A model generated the notes under the pieces. The model saw only the letters and a list, made by a program, of their open reading frames with translations, did not search any database and was not told the origin of the DNA. A DNA stretch of 64,000 bases from Candidatus Bathyarchaeota archaeon (lineage in GTDB: Archaea; Thermoproteota; Bathyarchaeia; 40CM-2-53-6): contig CAVPLU010000013.1 in the NCBI GenBank assembly GCA_963706285.1, positions 96,001 to 160,000 on the forward strand, read 5' to 3'. Position 1 is the stretch's first letter; every line of letters starts with the position of its first letter. This document shows, piece after piece, positions 30,773-41,522 of the stretch. The translations under genes and the position numbers were made by a program.

Positions 30773-32241
30773 CGCCAAATCGATGGGTGATTCGGGCGCC
30801 GTCTGAACGCGGATAGAGTCCGCTTCGTCTCAAGATACAGGCGTCGCCAGAATTTCGAAAGCAGCCATCTAGCCACAAGAAGCACAGCTGCGACTACAAT
30901 GACTATCTCGAGCAATGTGTAAGGTTCCGTGGCTACTTCAAGAAAGCTTGACCCTGAGTTGCCGTAGATATCCGTAGCCTCGACGTTCAGTCTCCAACTT
31001 CCAAGTCTTAGCAGATCGCCCCAAGAGAAGGCGTACTTGATTATCCAGACAGGGGTCGTTTTGTCATGAGTTACTGTCGCGTTCATCTTTGAGTCTGAAG
31101 CGTTCAACCAAGCTCGGACTGTTGCATTAGTGACTGTTGTGCCATCGGGGTAGGTGACTTCTGCATATGCCGTAAGTGTGTCGAACGGGACTTGGTAGCG
31201 GGTAGAATTCGAGACAGAACCTACCAAAAGCGTTGCAGGAGTCACGGTGAAGCTACTTGTCTCGACGTCCTTTCCTGGTCCAGTGTTCCCTTTCCCGTCG
31301 TCAAAGGCCTTGGCCAACATTAGGAACTTGTAGTTCACATCAAGTGATGCGTTCTGTGGGATTCTGTACTGAGCAGTCCAAATCCCACTCGTCGTCCCCG
31401 AGATTGCGAGGCTAAGATCTTCTGTTTTCAGCTGCCCTGCATACAACGCAACCGGTTTAAGGCCGCTCCTGACGCTAACAACTTCGGAAGAGTCAGGGTA
31501 TCGTATGATGAACTCGGCAGAGGCCGCCTGCGTTCTCTCGTAGGAGGTATGTGGCGCAACATTGACTGAAACATTCAGGAGTGCCGGGGTCACACTGAAC
31601 TTCGACAGAGAGACGAACTCTGCGTTTGGAGAATCATATGTCCCCACGCCATCTATGAAAACGGTGTAGGATTCAGGCATGGCGTCCGACGGAATCTTCC
31701 AAGTCGCAGCAAAAGTACCTGTTTGATTTGCTGCAATTGTTGTGTCATAGACGAAAGCTGCTGAGGGGTTTCGGATGGTAACCTTCAAACTAGCTTTGGG
31801 GAGGACACCGCCACCGACGGCCTTTACAATCTCCGTGCGTTGATATACGTACTTGTCAGTCCCCCATATTCCGTAGTGCGCACGAGCTATTGCAACATCC
31901 GATTTAGTTGAGTTGGAAATGCTGACCAAGTAGGTTCCTAGGGTAGCATTCGGTTCGATCGGCAACGAAATGGAAGGCGGGATCTGTCCCTTATCTGTCG
32001 CTGCAAATGTGAGGCCCGTTCCGCGAGTTGCGTTGTCGATTGGGCTCCGAAGCCACACTGCGTACGTTCCGTTTCGAACGAAACCGTCGCCTTGAAGCAG
32101 AACCTGCTTGTCGCGTAGCGTGTACAAAGGTTGGTCCGTTGTCAGAGAGGAGCGAGCCTGCGCCATGACAGGAAATGGAAAACATGTGACGATGACGACG
32201 GCGACTAGTGTCATGACCATTGCCATCGCTCTCAGTCTCAT
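30742..32241 (-). CDS. Secreted/membrane-anchored beta-rich protein
   Basis: Signal peptide, many N-x-S/T sequons, repeated YPD segments, C-terminal TM helix. Confidence 0.7.
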   Translation of the reverse strand: MRLRAMAMVMTLVAVVIVTCFPFPVMAQARSSLTTDQPLYTLRDKQVLLQGDGFVRNGTYAVWLRSPIDNATRGTGLTFAATDKGQIPPSISLPIEPNATLGTYLVSISNSTKSDVAIARAHYGIWGTDKYVYQRTEIVKAVGGGVLPKASLKVTIRNPSAAFVYDTTIAANQTGTFAATWKIPSDAMPESYTVFIDGVGTYDSPNAEFVSLSKFSVTPALLNVSVNVAPHTSYERTQAASAEFIIRYPDSSEVVSVRSGLKPVALYAGQLKTEDLSLAISGTTSGIWTAQYRIPQNASLDVNYKFLMLAKAFDDGKGNTGPGKDVETSSFTVTPATLLVGSVSNSTRYQVPFDTLTAYAEVTYPDGTTVTNATVRAWLNASDSKMNATVTHDKTTPVWIIKYAFSWGDLLRLGSWRLNVEATDIYGNSGSSFLEVATEPYTLLEIVIVVAAVLLVARWLLSKFWRRLYLETKRTLSAFRRRPNHPSIWRYLSNSPVTP

Positions 32242-32553
32242 TCGCTTTCGCCTCCCTTCCAATCTTTTGCCACATAACAGCTTCTGAGCTGGTAAATAAC
32301 CAAATCAGACGCATTTGGATCTGAAATGGTCAAGTTCGGAGCTGAACCATATCCGACTCACCGTTGTACCTGCGTAGCCAGGTGCCGGCAACTTCACCTA
32401 GCGATCTATCCTGTTAACTGAAAGCAAGGTTGATGCACACATTTCTTAGGTTTGGGACACGCCCTACGGACTAGGCGGACATCCTGATTTCTCTCCTACT
32501 ACCATTGAAGAGTCAACGGCATGGGAACTCGACCATTTCGAACGAAGTCTGAA

Positions 32554-32675
32554 TGGCGCCGGGAGAGGGATTTGAACCCTCGCGGCCCCAAAGGACCACA
32601 GGCTTTGTGTCCTCGATTCCAGGCCTTGGCTCCTCAAGTTGGGATCTGCCCCGTACCAGGCTCGGGAATCCCGGC
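32554..32675 (-). tRNA. tRNA-Ser(GGA) with two predicted introns (32625-32645 at 29/30; about 32605-32616 in the anticodon loop)
   Basis: GCCGGGA/TCCCGGC G CCA acceptor, long variable arm, GGTTCAAATCC. Confidence 0.82.
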
Positions 32676-32769
32676 GTCGATCAACCGTAGATGTTCGACA
32701 CCGACCAGTAGCTACTGAACCGTCATAAAGATTCTCATGAAAGCACAACTCACCCGAGGCTGCGAGTGT

Positions 32770-33780
32770 TCAGTCGCGCCACATCTTGGGGTAAGTTCCG
32801 CGAGGCATTAGGACCCTCGTCACTTTGGCAGCAAGCCCTTTCTCTTGTTGAATGATCGACTCGCTAGAGATCAGTGTCCTAGCTAGAGCCACCGCCTCGC
32901 CTTTCAGCGTCATGATAGCTGCTATCGAGTCTTTCTGAAACGGGTCCTCTACGCTGACGACTCCAGGAACCGCGAGACTGGCTCCGTGGCAAACGGAGTC
33001 TACCGCGGAATCGCGAATACAAATCTTCGGGATGTACTCCAGCGCATCCTCTACTGGTCTGACCAAATCCCTGACCATGTTCTCGTCCCCTTCAAGCAAC
33101 CTTGCATGAGCGTCGACGACTTCATGAAGAGTGTGTAGTCCAGTTGAATCCGTAAAGGGCCCCGATCTCGTTCTCCTGAGCTCCTGCATGTGAGCCCCTG
33201 GACCCAACACTTCGCCAATGTCTGAGCAAAGCTTCCGGATGTACGTCCCAGCTTGGCACCCCACTTTGTACAAGACGCGGTTTCCGTCTCTTTCTAGCAG
33301 ATCGATATAGTATATGGTTCGCTTGCGTGATTCTCGCTTAACGGAGGCTCGAAGCGGCGGTTTCTGATATATCTCTCCGGTGAATTCTCCTAAGACTCGG
33401 TTCAGGTCTTCATTCGAGACTTCGCCATGAAGTATCATGAGGCATACGTATTCCTTTCCGGACTGCAGAAAAACTTGTACTGATTTGGTGGCATCCTGAA
33501 GTGCAACTGGAAGTACGCCGGTTACTATGGGATCTTCCCAGCAGATACTGCTTCTAGGGTCCCGCCGTGACCAGCATGTTCCACTTCAAGGATCTTCTTG
33601 GCCCAAGCAGTGACTTCGTGACTTGACGGTCCGGCAGGTTTGTCGAGGTTGATTATTCCGAATCTCATGCGATCTTGAATTGGTCGATCGGCAGGCTTGT
33701 TGCCGTACTTCGGATCAGTTGACTTCCTCGCACTTCTTGACGACGGTACGCTTGACCTCCCATGGAGGCGAGATTTTCAC
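32770..33780 (-). CDS. cbf5: H/ACA RNA-guided pseudouridine synthase Cbf5 (mRNA intron 33534-33553; 1-nt frameshift near 33720)
   Basis: NLDKPAGPSSHEV, GHGGTL[D]P.VTGVLP, GTYIRKLC, PUA domain. Confidence 0.93.
33534..33553 (-). other. 20-nt BHB intron in the catalytic Asp codon of cbf5
   Basis: GGGA CCCT AG|A AGCAG TAT CTGCT GGGA AG|A TCCC; removal restores GTLDP and the reading frame. Confidence 0.88.
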
Positions 33781-33902
33781 ATATAGCACCGCTTACACAA
33801 TGCACGTCGACATATTAAGAGAAGCCCATGCCACGGACATGCCTTCCGGTATAGATCAAGAAAGCGTTGATTGCCGAGGATTTATGATGTTCTCTTGTCC
33901 GG

Positions 33903-34178
33903 TCACGGCTTCACTTCTGATTTCATGAAACCGGTCTTCTTAGCTTTCTCCAGCGCTTTAGCAATTTCCTCGTCAGCCGCGCCCTTCTTTATCTCGACTC
34001 GCTCTGGAGTAGCTTCGATATGTTGGATGTTTACTCGGCGTCGCTTCACTTCGGTCAGCTTGGGGGGGCCGGTCACCAACGCGAAGTTCTTGTCTATGAC
34101 GTCGACTACTACACATTTCTTGCCGGCCTCTCTTCCTGATAGTTTGACGCATATTCTGCCAACATCAAATCCTGTCAT
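33903..34178 (-). CDS. rpl14e: 50S ribosomal protein L14e
   Basis: [27 protein letters not shown]. Confidence 0.95.
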   Translation of the reverse strand: MTGFDVGRICVKLSGREAGKKCVVVDVIDKNFALVTGPPKLTEVKRRRVNIQHIEATPERVEIKKGAADEEIAKALEKAKKTGFMKSEVKP

Positions 34179-34268
34179 GACAGCGCCACCTTCTTCGCGG
34201 GTCTGCTTAGATCATTCGATCCACTAATAAGCTTACCACAACGGCGAGCACCCGTGACCGCATGAGAT

Positions 34269-34817
34269 TCACTGTGGATTGTGTCGACGCACGATCTCAT
34301 GAATCTTGGACAAGAGTTCTGCACTCGCATTCTCAACGGAACGGTTTCCTGTGTCAACTATGATATTGTACGGTGACAGATCATCTATGTCAATCTCATA
34401 GTACCGTTTGTACCTTTCACGCTGTATGCGCTCACGTTCGACGGTCTGTTTGCGTGCGGTTTCATGGTCTAAGTGATCCCTGTTTGCGATTCTCGCGATT
34501 CTCTCTTCGTCAGGGGCTTTCAAGTAGATACGTATCTGCGCGAGATTCTTGGCCATCCATGCTGCGAGTTGGCCTTCAATTACAGCATCTCCCTTCGCAG
34601 CCTCTGTTGCACTTCGTTCGTCGATCATGCGGTCGATTTCGGGAGAGTTCGCCGCCTCTTTGCTCAGTTCCTCTAGGCTGAGGGCTTTCTCCTCTGCGAG
34701 GGTTCTGAACAATTGGCCTGCCGAAACGTACCTGAGCTTGAACTGTTTAGCAATCATTTTGGCGTACGTGGACTTTCCTGTTCCGTGAGGGCCTCCGATC
34801 GTTACGACCAAGCCCAT
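34269..34817 (-). CDS. cmk: Cytidylate kinase (archaeal)
   Basis: P-loop GPHGTGKST, SAGQLFR, RYKRYY.ID. Confidence 0.92.
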   Translation of the reverse strand: MGLVVTIGGPHGTGKSTYAKMIAKQFKLRYVSAGQLFRTLAEEKALSLEELSKEAANSPEIDRMIDERSATEAAKGDAVIEGQLAAWMAKNLAQIRIYLKAPDEERIARIANRDHLDHETARKQTVERERIQRERYKRYYEIDIDDLSPYNIIVDTGNRSVENASAELLSKIHEIVRRHNPQ

Positions 34818-35081
34818 CTATGCGGAGCCCCGAGCTTTGGCCCTGAGTAGGCTCCTCAGACAAGTGGCACAGATGCTTCCACCATATGGGCGCGAGGGCG
34901 CTCTGCTGCTTTTCGGGACCCGATGTAATCTCGTGAAAGCGGTTCCATGAAGGATCCCGCCACAGACTCTGCACCGGGCCATTCCCTTACGTCGTCTGCC
35001 ATAGGCCAGTGATCTCCTTCCTCCAGGCAGACGTACACGTGTTCGTTTGGCAGACCTTGATCTCTTCGATCGAACTGGCAA
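34818..35081 (-). CDS. rpl34e: 50S ribosomal protein L34e
   Basis: RLPGG, CRVC, SRPYGGSICATC. Confidence 0.92.
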   Translation of the reverse strand: MPVRSKRSRSAKRTRVRLPGGRRSLAYGRRRKGMARCRVCGGILHGTAFTRLHRVPKSSRAPSRPYGGSICATCLRSLLRAKARGSA

Positions 35082-35082
35082 C

Positions 35083-35589
35083 TCAAATATCCTCCGGATT
35101 GACCCCGAGTATTCGCGATAGTGGAAGGCTAATGGTGAAGGAGCATATTAGGTACCAGTAGAAGAAGGATAGGTTAGCACCGGCAAACGGGATCTGGATC
35201 GGTGAATACGCAACAACTGCCTGCCCAAATGAACCGCTCAGCACGATCCAGACAAGCCAGAAGGGTATGATGAAGATGAAGCTAACTTTCATTCGTTCCA
35301 TTGCCACTTGGCTCTGCAACTTCATCATTGCCTGCTGTTTCTTTGTGAGTTGCGCGAGCAGTTTCTTATTGTTGCTCTTTTGGGCTGCGGCGAACTCTTT
35401 TCTCCAAGCATTGACCTCTTTTGTCACGACGGCCGCTCGCTTCACGTCAACAAGGAATCTATTGGATGCATTAGTTATCAAGGCAAGCACTCCTGCGACC
35501 ATTAGAGTGAACAGCGTTGATGCTGGGATGGAGTGGTAGGGCTGCAGCACATCCATGAGCAACTTCCAGATTGTGTCAATTGGCTCCAA
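35083..35589 (-). CDS. EMC3/TMCO1 (DUF106) membrane insertase family
   Basis: TM-coiled coil-TM, WYLICS; position after secY. Confidence 0.85.
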   Translation of the reverse strand: MEPIDTIWKLLMDVLQPYHSIPASTLFTLMVAGVLALITNASNRFLVDVKRAAVVTKEVNAWRKEFAAAQKSNNKKLLAQLTKKQQAMMKLQSQVAMERMKVSFIFIIPFWLVWIVLSGSFGQAVVAYSPIQIPFAGANLSFFYWYLICSFTISLPLSRILGVNPEDI

Positions 35590-35592
35590 TCC

Positions 35593-37013
35593 CTATTCCC
35601 CCAGGAAAGCTCTCGCTGCCGGGTAGAGTTCAGTAACTCGTTCTCGAACAAGGAGTTGGTAGTACTGTTCGATGATGCCGACAGTCAGGAGTATTCCGGT
35701 TCCCGAACCGAAGGCTCCGAGGAAATCTGCTGAAGCAGCGATTACGCCGATGATTATTGCTCCTAGTATTGTAACGACAGGGATGTATCTTTGAAGAAGT
35801 TGTCGGATGGGTATCTGTGATCGTCTGTACCCTTGAATCTGCATGCCGGAGTCCAAGAGCTGTTTCGCAACTGTGTTCGCGTCCATCCCGCCAACTTCCA
35901 CCCATGTCATCGCGAAGAAGACGCAGAATACTACCAGAAGCAGTGCGTAGATGCCTGCTCGAAGTGGATCCTCCAAGACTCCGGGTAGGTTGCGAGGAGG
36001 CACCACATAGTAGACGAGCCCCCCGGTGGGTTGGTATTGCTGGTTGGAGACAGTGAACTTCCCAAGCAAGTTCAGCCAGAAGTTCGTGTTTGCCTGATTG
36101 TATCTGGACCATATTATTTGTGAGATGAAGTAGATGTTTCCGAAGAGCGCCGCCGCAAATATGACCGGGATGTTGGACACGTAGAGTAGTTTAAGCGGGA
36201 ACTTTCCTTTGAATCCTCGGTACTTCGCGTATGAGACAGGCACTTCTACTCTCAGTCCGTTGCAGTAGATTATGACTCGCGAAGACCACGAGAGTGGTGA
36301 AGAACATAACCATGTCAGGGAGACCCTGTGAGCGGTAGAAGATGTTCAGGACCGTGTCGCCTCTTGGTTATTCCTTGAACGAAGGCTATGATGGCACCGT
36401 ATAGTTTTCCATCGCCCATCGGCCCCATTGGAGCTATCGAGTCCCACCAGATCGACTGAGCAACTCCGGCGGCGATGAAGAGGCTTATTCCACTTCCGAG
36501 GCCCCAGCCTTTTTGTAGCAACTCATCCAACAGCATCACGATCATTCCAGCGACTACCAACTGGATGAGTATGATAGCCTGGGTCTGCAGTGTGATGTTG
36601 CCGTAGGTGCCGCCTATGAGATAGGCTGAAGCCTCAAAGATCGTCATAACGACGGATAGAATCTTGCTGGCGCTCGTGAACATGGACCGATCCTCAGGGT
36701 TAGTCATGTCAATGTTTACCATCCGCGAGCCGGCAAGAACTTGCAGTATGAGGCCTGCTGTGACGATCGGGCCTATCCCTAGCTCCATCAGTGTGCCGCG
36801 GTTGGAGGCGAAGATCACTCTGAGTGCTCCCAGAGGATCCGTCTGGGTCATTCCTTGAGTGCCATACAGTGGCACATGGGACATAACGAAGTAGATTATC
36901 AGCGCCATTGCAGTCCAGAATATCTTCTCATTGAAGTTTACTTTCCTGTCAGGGGCGGAAATATTCGGGAAGAATCGCGCTAAGGGTTTGAATAGTTCTA
37001 TGAATCGCACCAT
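35593..37013 (-). CDS. secY: Preprotein translocase SecY (frameshift region about 36270-36370)
   Basis: GTLMELGIGPIVTA, GLGSGISLFIA, YVSNIPVI, GSGTGILL. Confidence 0.95.
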
Positions 37014-37025
37014 GAGGCCGTACTC

Positions 37026-37463
37026 CTATGGCGTGGCTTTTTCGACTCGGCCTCCGGCCGCTTCGATCTTCGCGGCCGCGGATTTCGAGAAACTGTCTAT
37101 TTTCACGAGCATCGGAATTTGTATCTTCCCGGAGCCCAGGAGCTTGGTGAACCCGAGGGCCTGCAAGTCCAAGAGCTTCTTTCCCTCGTGCTCGGTCACC
37201 GCGTGCGCGCAATCTCGGCGTACGAGCATGTCCTCAAGCTGGCCAACACTCGCAATGAACCTCCGCTTATCCTCCAATTTGGGCAGAAGACGCTTCTGTT
37301 TCATCTGGATTCCATAGCGGATCACTGCGCTCTTCTTGCCTCTGAACAATCCGGCATTGCCGTGGCCGCCGAGCATTCCGCTTCCTCTATGCTGTCCAGA
37401 GGTTCCCCAGCCATGGGTTCTGCTGCCTCTTTGCTTCCTCACTTTCCTCTTGCGAGTTGCCAT
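37026..37463 (-). CDS. rpl15: 50S ribosomal protein L15
   Basis: RGSRTHGWG, KLLGSG, KIEAAGG. Confidence 0.95.
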   Translation of the reverse strand: MATRKRKVRKQRGSRTHGWGTSGQHRGSGMLGGHGNAGLFRGKKSAVIRYGIQMKQKRLLPKLEDKRRFIASVGQLEDMLVRRDCAHAVTEHEGKKLLDLQALGFTKLLGSGKIQIPMLVKIDSFSKSAAAKIEAAGGRVEKATP

Positions 37464-37577
37464 GTGTTGGTCCTCTGACAGCGTGATCTGCAAACGTCCA
37501 GTATTCGGATTCGAAGCACTCACACCGACACTTCAGATAAAGGTTTTGTGAAGTATCAAGACGTAGCTGAGCAGCAT

Positions 37578-38530
37578 CTACTTAGCGAGTTTCCGCTGCA
37601 GTCGCCGGATCATGTCCTCGGTCATTCGAGGGAGGTCGAACTTGGGTTCCCAGTTCCATTCTTCCTTTGCGGCGGAATCATCCAGAGATCTTGGCCAAGA
37701 ATTCGCTATCGCCTGCCTATAATCGGGTTTGTAATCGCATGTGAATGTCGGGATGATCTTCGGTTATGGAGTCCGCGAGTTCACGAGCTAAGAAGCTCAT
37801 CGAATTGACATTAAAGACTCGATGCTTCAACCGTAAACCATCTGCCTCAGCGAGGTCCATCAGCGATTTGATCGCATCGGGCATGTACATCATCGGTAGA
37901 ACGGTGTCCTCTCGCACAAAACATGTGTAGCGTTTGCCTTCCACGGCAGCGTAGTACATCTCAACAGAGTAGTCCGTGGTGCCTCCTCCTGGCATGGTCT
38001 CGCTGCTGATGACGCCAGGAAGACGGACACAGCGATAGTCAACCCCAAACTTCCTGAAGTAGTATGTTCCCAACAGTTCTCCAGTCACCTTCGTGATACC
38101 GTACATAGTGGACGGCAATAGTACCGCATCATTCGGGTACGTTGTCGCGAGGAACCCCAGCGCCAAAGACGGCGATTGAACTTGCTGTCATAAGGCGTTC
38201 GAGTTTGTGTATTCGTGCAACTTCTAGAACGTTGAGCACTCCACCCATGTTGACCTCGTAGCACAACTGAGGGTTCAATTCGCCGACTGCTGAAAGAATC
38301 GATGCCATGTGGTATATTGTGTCAACACCATTGTCCACAACCTCCTTTTCCAGTTGATCTCTGTCAAGGACGTTTAGGTACTGAAATGGCCCCGAGTCGA
38401 TGAATTCCTTGGTCGGTTTGGTCTTGTGTCCTGCTGCAATTACGCGATCTCTTCCGTACTTCTCTCTAAGTGCCTGAACTAGTTCAGTGCCGATCTGACC
38501 GACCGCTCCTGTCACAAGTATCTTATTCAC
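37578..38530 (-). CDS. SDR/epimerase-type L-threonine 3-dehydrogenase (frameshifts near 38130 and 37750)
   Basis: TGAVGQIG, ILSAVGE, TMYGITK, PGGGTTDYSV; divergent from kbl. Confidence 0.85.
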
Positions 38531-38791
38531 CTAGCGCAACCTCCATCAAGCACAGAGCCTCACCCTTATCAACCGAAACTTCACTCGACATCATAAGCGT
38601 ACTTTTCTGACCCCGTTGGCTCCTGATTTTATCGCTTACGTTATGCCTTGTTAGGTCTCAACCTCGTTTTCTCTCTTGTCTTTTTGCCTGATGCTTTTGT
38701 TGAATTGGCTCCAGAAGGTCGAAAGCCTATTATCGGCCGTGACGTTGCAGCAGTCTGTTTTCAGAAAGTTCATAGGCTGATCATATTGGAT

Positions 38792-39976
38792 ATGCCAAAA
38801 GATAGATTGGCTTTCCTTCGCGAGGAGTATTTGTCTCTCGAAGCAGCCGGCTTGGACTGGAAGCTTCGAACGCTTCAAGGCAACAGTGCACCTCGTTGCA
38901 TAGTTGACGGCAAAAGCGTGCTTATGCTTTGCTCCAACAACTACCTGAACTTAACGAATCATCCCAAGCTGAAGGAAGCAGCAAAGAGAGCGATCGACAC
39001 GCACGGCGTGGGTTCCGGGTCTGTAAGGGCGATAGCAGGGAATATGGACCTTCATCTTCAACTTGAGAAGAAGCTGGCAGAGTTCAAGCATGCTGAAGCT
39101 GCTCTTGTGTATTCAACAGGGTTTGCAGCAAACGCTGGCCTCGTACCTCAACTTACGGGTGAGGGCGATATCATAATCAGCGATGAGCTGAATCACGGAA
39201 GCATTATCGACGGCGTTCGCCTAAGCAAGGCGGAGAAGACCGTCTACAGACACTGCGACGCCAATGACTTGGAGAGGGTCCTCAAGGAAACACGAAGCAA
39301 GTACAGAAGAACGCTTGTGATCTCAGATGGCGTCTTTAGCATGGATGGCGATATCGCGCCGTTCGACAAGATAACGGAACTCGCGTCGGAGTTCGGAGCA
39401 ATCACGTACGTTGACGACGCACATGGAGACGGAGTGCTAGGCGAGAAGGGGAGAGGGATAGCTTCTCATTTCCGGATCGAAGGCAAGATCGATATCGAGA
39501 TGGGTACCTTCTCCAAGGCGTTCGGGGTGGTGGGGGGATATGTTTCAGGAAGTGAAGACCTCAGGAGATTTGCGTTCAACAAGTCACGCACATGGCTCCT
39601 AAGCGCCTCTCATCCACCACCAGTGACTGCAGCATGCACTGCAGCTTTGGAGGTTGTGGAAAGCGAACCCGAGCATCTTGAGAATCTCTGGAAGAATACT
39701 GGTTACTTCAAGAAGAAGCTTCGAGGGATGGGCTTCGACATAGGTGACAGCCAGACGCCGATCACGCCAGTAATCGTTGGGGAAAGCTCAGTTGCACAAG
39801 AGATGAGCACAATGCTGTACGATGAGGGCGTCTTCGCGCTACCAATTGTCTTTCCGATGGTTGCACGCAACAAGGCTCGGATTCGCACGATGATGAGTGC
39901 AGGTCACACGAAAGCGGATCTTGATGAGGCACTCGCTGCCTTTGAGAAGATCGGTCGCAAACTGAGACTTCTGTGA
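38792..39976 (+). CDS. kbl: Glycine C-acetyltransferase (2-amino-3-ketobutyrate CoA ligase)
   Basis: CSNNYL, SDELNHGSIIDG, DGVFSMDGD, VDDAHG, GTFSKAFG. Confidence 0.85.
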   Translation: MPKDRLAFLREEYLSLEAAGLDWKLRTLQGNSAPRCIVDGKSVLMLCSNNYLNLTNHPKLKEAAKRAIDTHGVGSGSVRAIAGNMDLHLQLEKKLAEFKHAEAALVYSTGFAANAGLVPQLTGEGDIIISDELNHGSIIDGVRLSKAEKTVYRHCDANDLERVLKETRSKYRRTLVISDGVFSMDGDIAPFDKITELASEFGAITYVDDAHGDGVLGEKGRGIASHFRIEGKIDIEMGTFSKAFGVVGGYVSGSEDLRRFAFNKSRTWLLSASHPPPVTAACTAALEVVESEPEHLENLWKNTGYFKKKLRGMGFDIGDSQTPITPVIVGESSVAQEMSTMLYDEGVFALPIVFPMVARNKARIRTMMSAGHTKADLDEALAAFEKIGRKLRLL

Positions 39977-39985
39977 TGCGTTCGT

Positions 39986-40624
39986 TCATCGAATCCAGTC
40001 GTCATGGGTGACTGTGCTGTAGGTATTTCGCAGAGCATCATATACGGCGAGCGCGGTTGAGGCTAGTGTGCTAGTGGATCCATAGGTTCGAGTCCAGCAG
40101 TCTCTCACGCCAGCCAATGTCAACACCGTCTTCATGATTTCTCCACCAACCAGCCCAAGGCCTCGCGGGCCTGGTATGATATCAACTCGTACGCTGCCGC
40201 ACTTACCTGTGACTCGGAACGGGAGCGAGTGAGATTGGCCGCAGCCGCATTCCCAGCTACCGCATCCACGTCTGACGGGGATTATCCTGAGCTTCGCCTG
40301 AAGTGTTGCTTTGTCTATGCCTGTTCTGACTTGCTTAGCTTTTCCATCGCCTACCCCGAGATACCCGTTGCCATTCCCTACGGCAACAACTGCCCTGAAT
40401 CGCGACTTTTCTCCAGCGTCTGTTTGCTTCTGAACGAAACCGATTCCGAGAACTTCTTGCTTCAGATCGGGCAGCAGCACATCAACAATCTCAGGTTCCA
40501 TAACACGGAGTCCTTGCGTGAAGACTTCATCGAGTGACAGAACCTGGCCGATCTGCACCATCTTGCCGAGCTTGGTTTTCGGTACCCAGCCCGCTTCTCG
40601 TTGTTGTGTGGGTGTGTACGACAT
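39986..40624 (-). CDS. rps5: 30S ribosomal protein S5
   Basis: WVPKTKLG, QTDAGE, RGCGSWEC, PRGLGLV. Confidence 0.96.
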   Translation of the reverse strand: MSYTPTQQREAGWVPKTKLGKMVQIGQVLSLDEVFTQGLRVMEPEIVDVLLPDLKQEVLGIGFVQKQTDAGEKSRFRAVVAVGNGNGYLGVGDGKAKQVRTGIDKATLQAKLRIIPVRRGCGSWECGCGQSHSLPFRVTGKCGSVRVDIIPGPRGLGLVGGEIMKTVLTLAGVRDCWTRTYGSTSTLASTALAVYDALRNTYSTVTHDDWIR

Positions 40625-40628
40625 GAGT

Positions 40629-41072
40629 CTATCGCTTCCTTGATAGTTTGTGTGCTTCGATGTACTCGTTGAGATGTGAGGCGCTTCTAAAAGATCCGCC
40701 TTTCGCCATAAGGAACAGTTTCCTGTAGGTTTGTGTTGGTATCATGTGTTTGTCTCTCAATTCTCGCAATCTGTTGCGGATTGCTCGAATGCGTAGCATC
40801 CATGCAGTTTTCCGCGGAAGACTGGCACCCTTTCTTGAACCTAAGCCACTTCGTCTTCCAGCTCTTTTCTTCAACTTGACCGCACGCGCTCTTCCCCTGC
40901 TGACTCCCGTTTCAGGATGGGTACGGATTGCTCCTTCATGTATCAGCTTGCGAATCTCCGTGCGCGTTATTGCTGAACTGATTGCATCCATGTCTTCTGG
41001 GTCCAGCCAAATTCTGTTCTCGCCCACTTTTAGGATATTGGCGGCGATACGCCTTTGCGATCTAGCACTCAT
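40629..41072 (-). CDS. rpl19e: 50S ribosomal protein L19e
   Basis: QRRIAANILKVG, AITR, GSRKG, AKGG. Confidence 0.95.
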   Translation of the reverse strand: MSARSQRRIAANILKVGENRIWLDPEDMDAISSAITRTEIRKLIHEGAIRTHPETGVSRGRARAVKLKKRAGRRSGLGSRKGASLPRKTAWMLRIRAIRNRLRELRDKHMIPTQTYRKLFLMAKGGSFRSASHLNEYIEAHKLSRKR

Positions 41073-41521
41073 TCTATTTTCGCTCCAGTCGTTGCGGGGG
41101 TTTCCTCTTCCGACTTCGTAGGTTCAACGTCTTTGACTACTAGCTCTGAGGTCGGAGTAGGTTCAGGCTTCTTTGTCCTGGGATTTGCCACTTTCAGCTC
41201 TAGTGTCTGAGCTCTATCGATGATGGCGATTCTGTTTCTCTCGCCGACTGTGTGGCTAATCTTAACGATCTGAGTCTTCGCATTGATTCCTTCGAGGTCG
41301 GCCGGTCGCCTCACAATGACCTCTTCAAGACCGGAGGGATGAAGACCTCGCTCTTTTCGATTTCGTTTGTAGCCTACCTTGACGATCTTAGGCCAGCCTC
41401 TCATTCCTAGCCTCATTTTGCTGGTCTTGCCTCGTGGGCGTCTCCATGATTTCTTGACTCTGATCCAACGCCAGCTTTCTTGTCGAACAAAATGGGGGGT
41501 GCTGCGCTTTTTCTCTGTCAA
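41069..41521 (-). CDS. rpl32e: 50S ribosomal protein L32e
   Basis: FVRQESWR, WRRPRG..SKMR, RGLHPSG. Confidence 0.94.
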   Translation of the reverse strand: MTEKKRSTPHFVRQESWRWIRVKKSWRRPRGKTSKMRLGMRGWPKIVKVGYKRNRKERGLHPSGLEEVIVRRPADLEGINAKTQIVKISHTVGERNRIAIIDRAQTLELKVANPRTKKPEPTPTSELVVKDVEPTKSEEETPATTGAKIE

Positions 41522-41522
41522 C

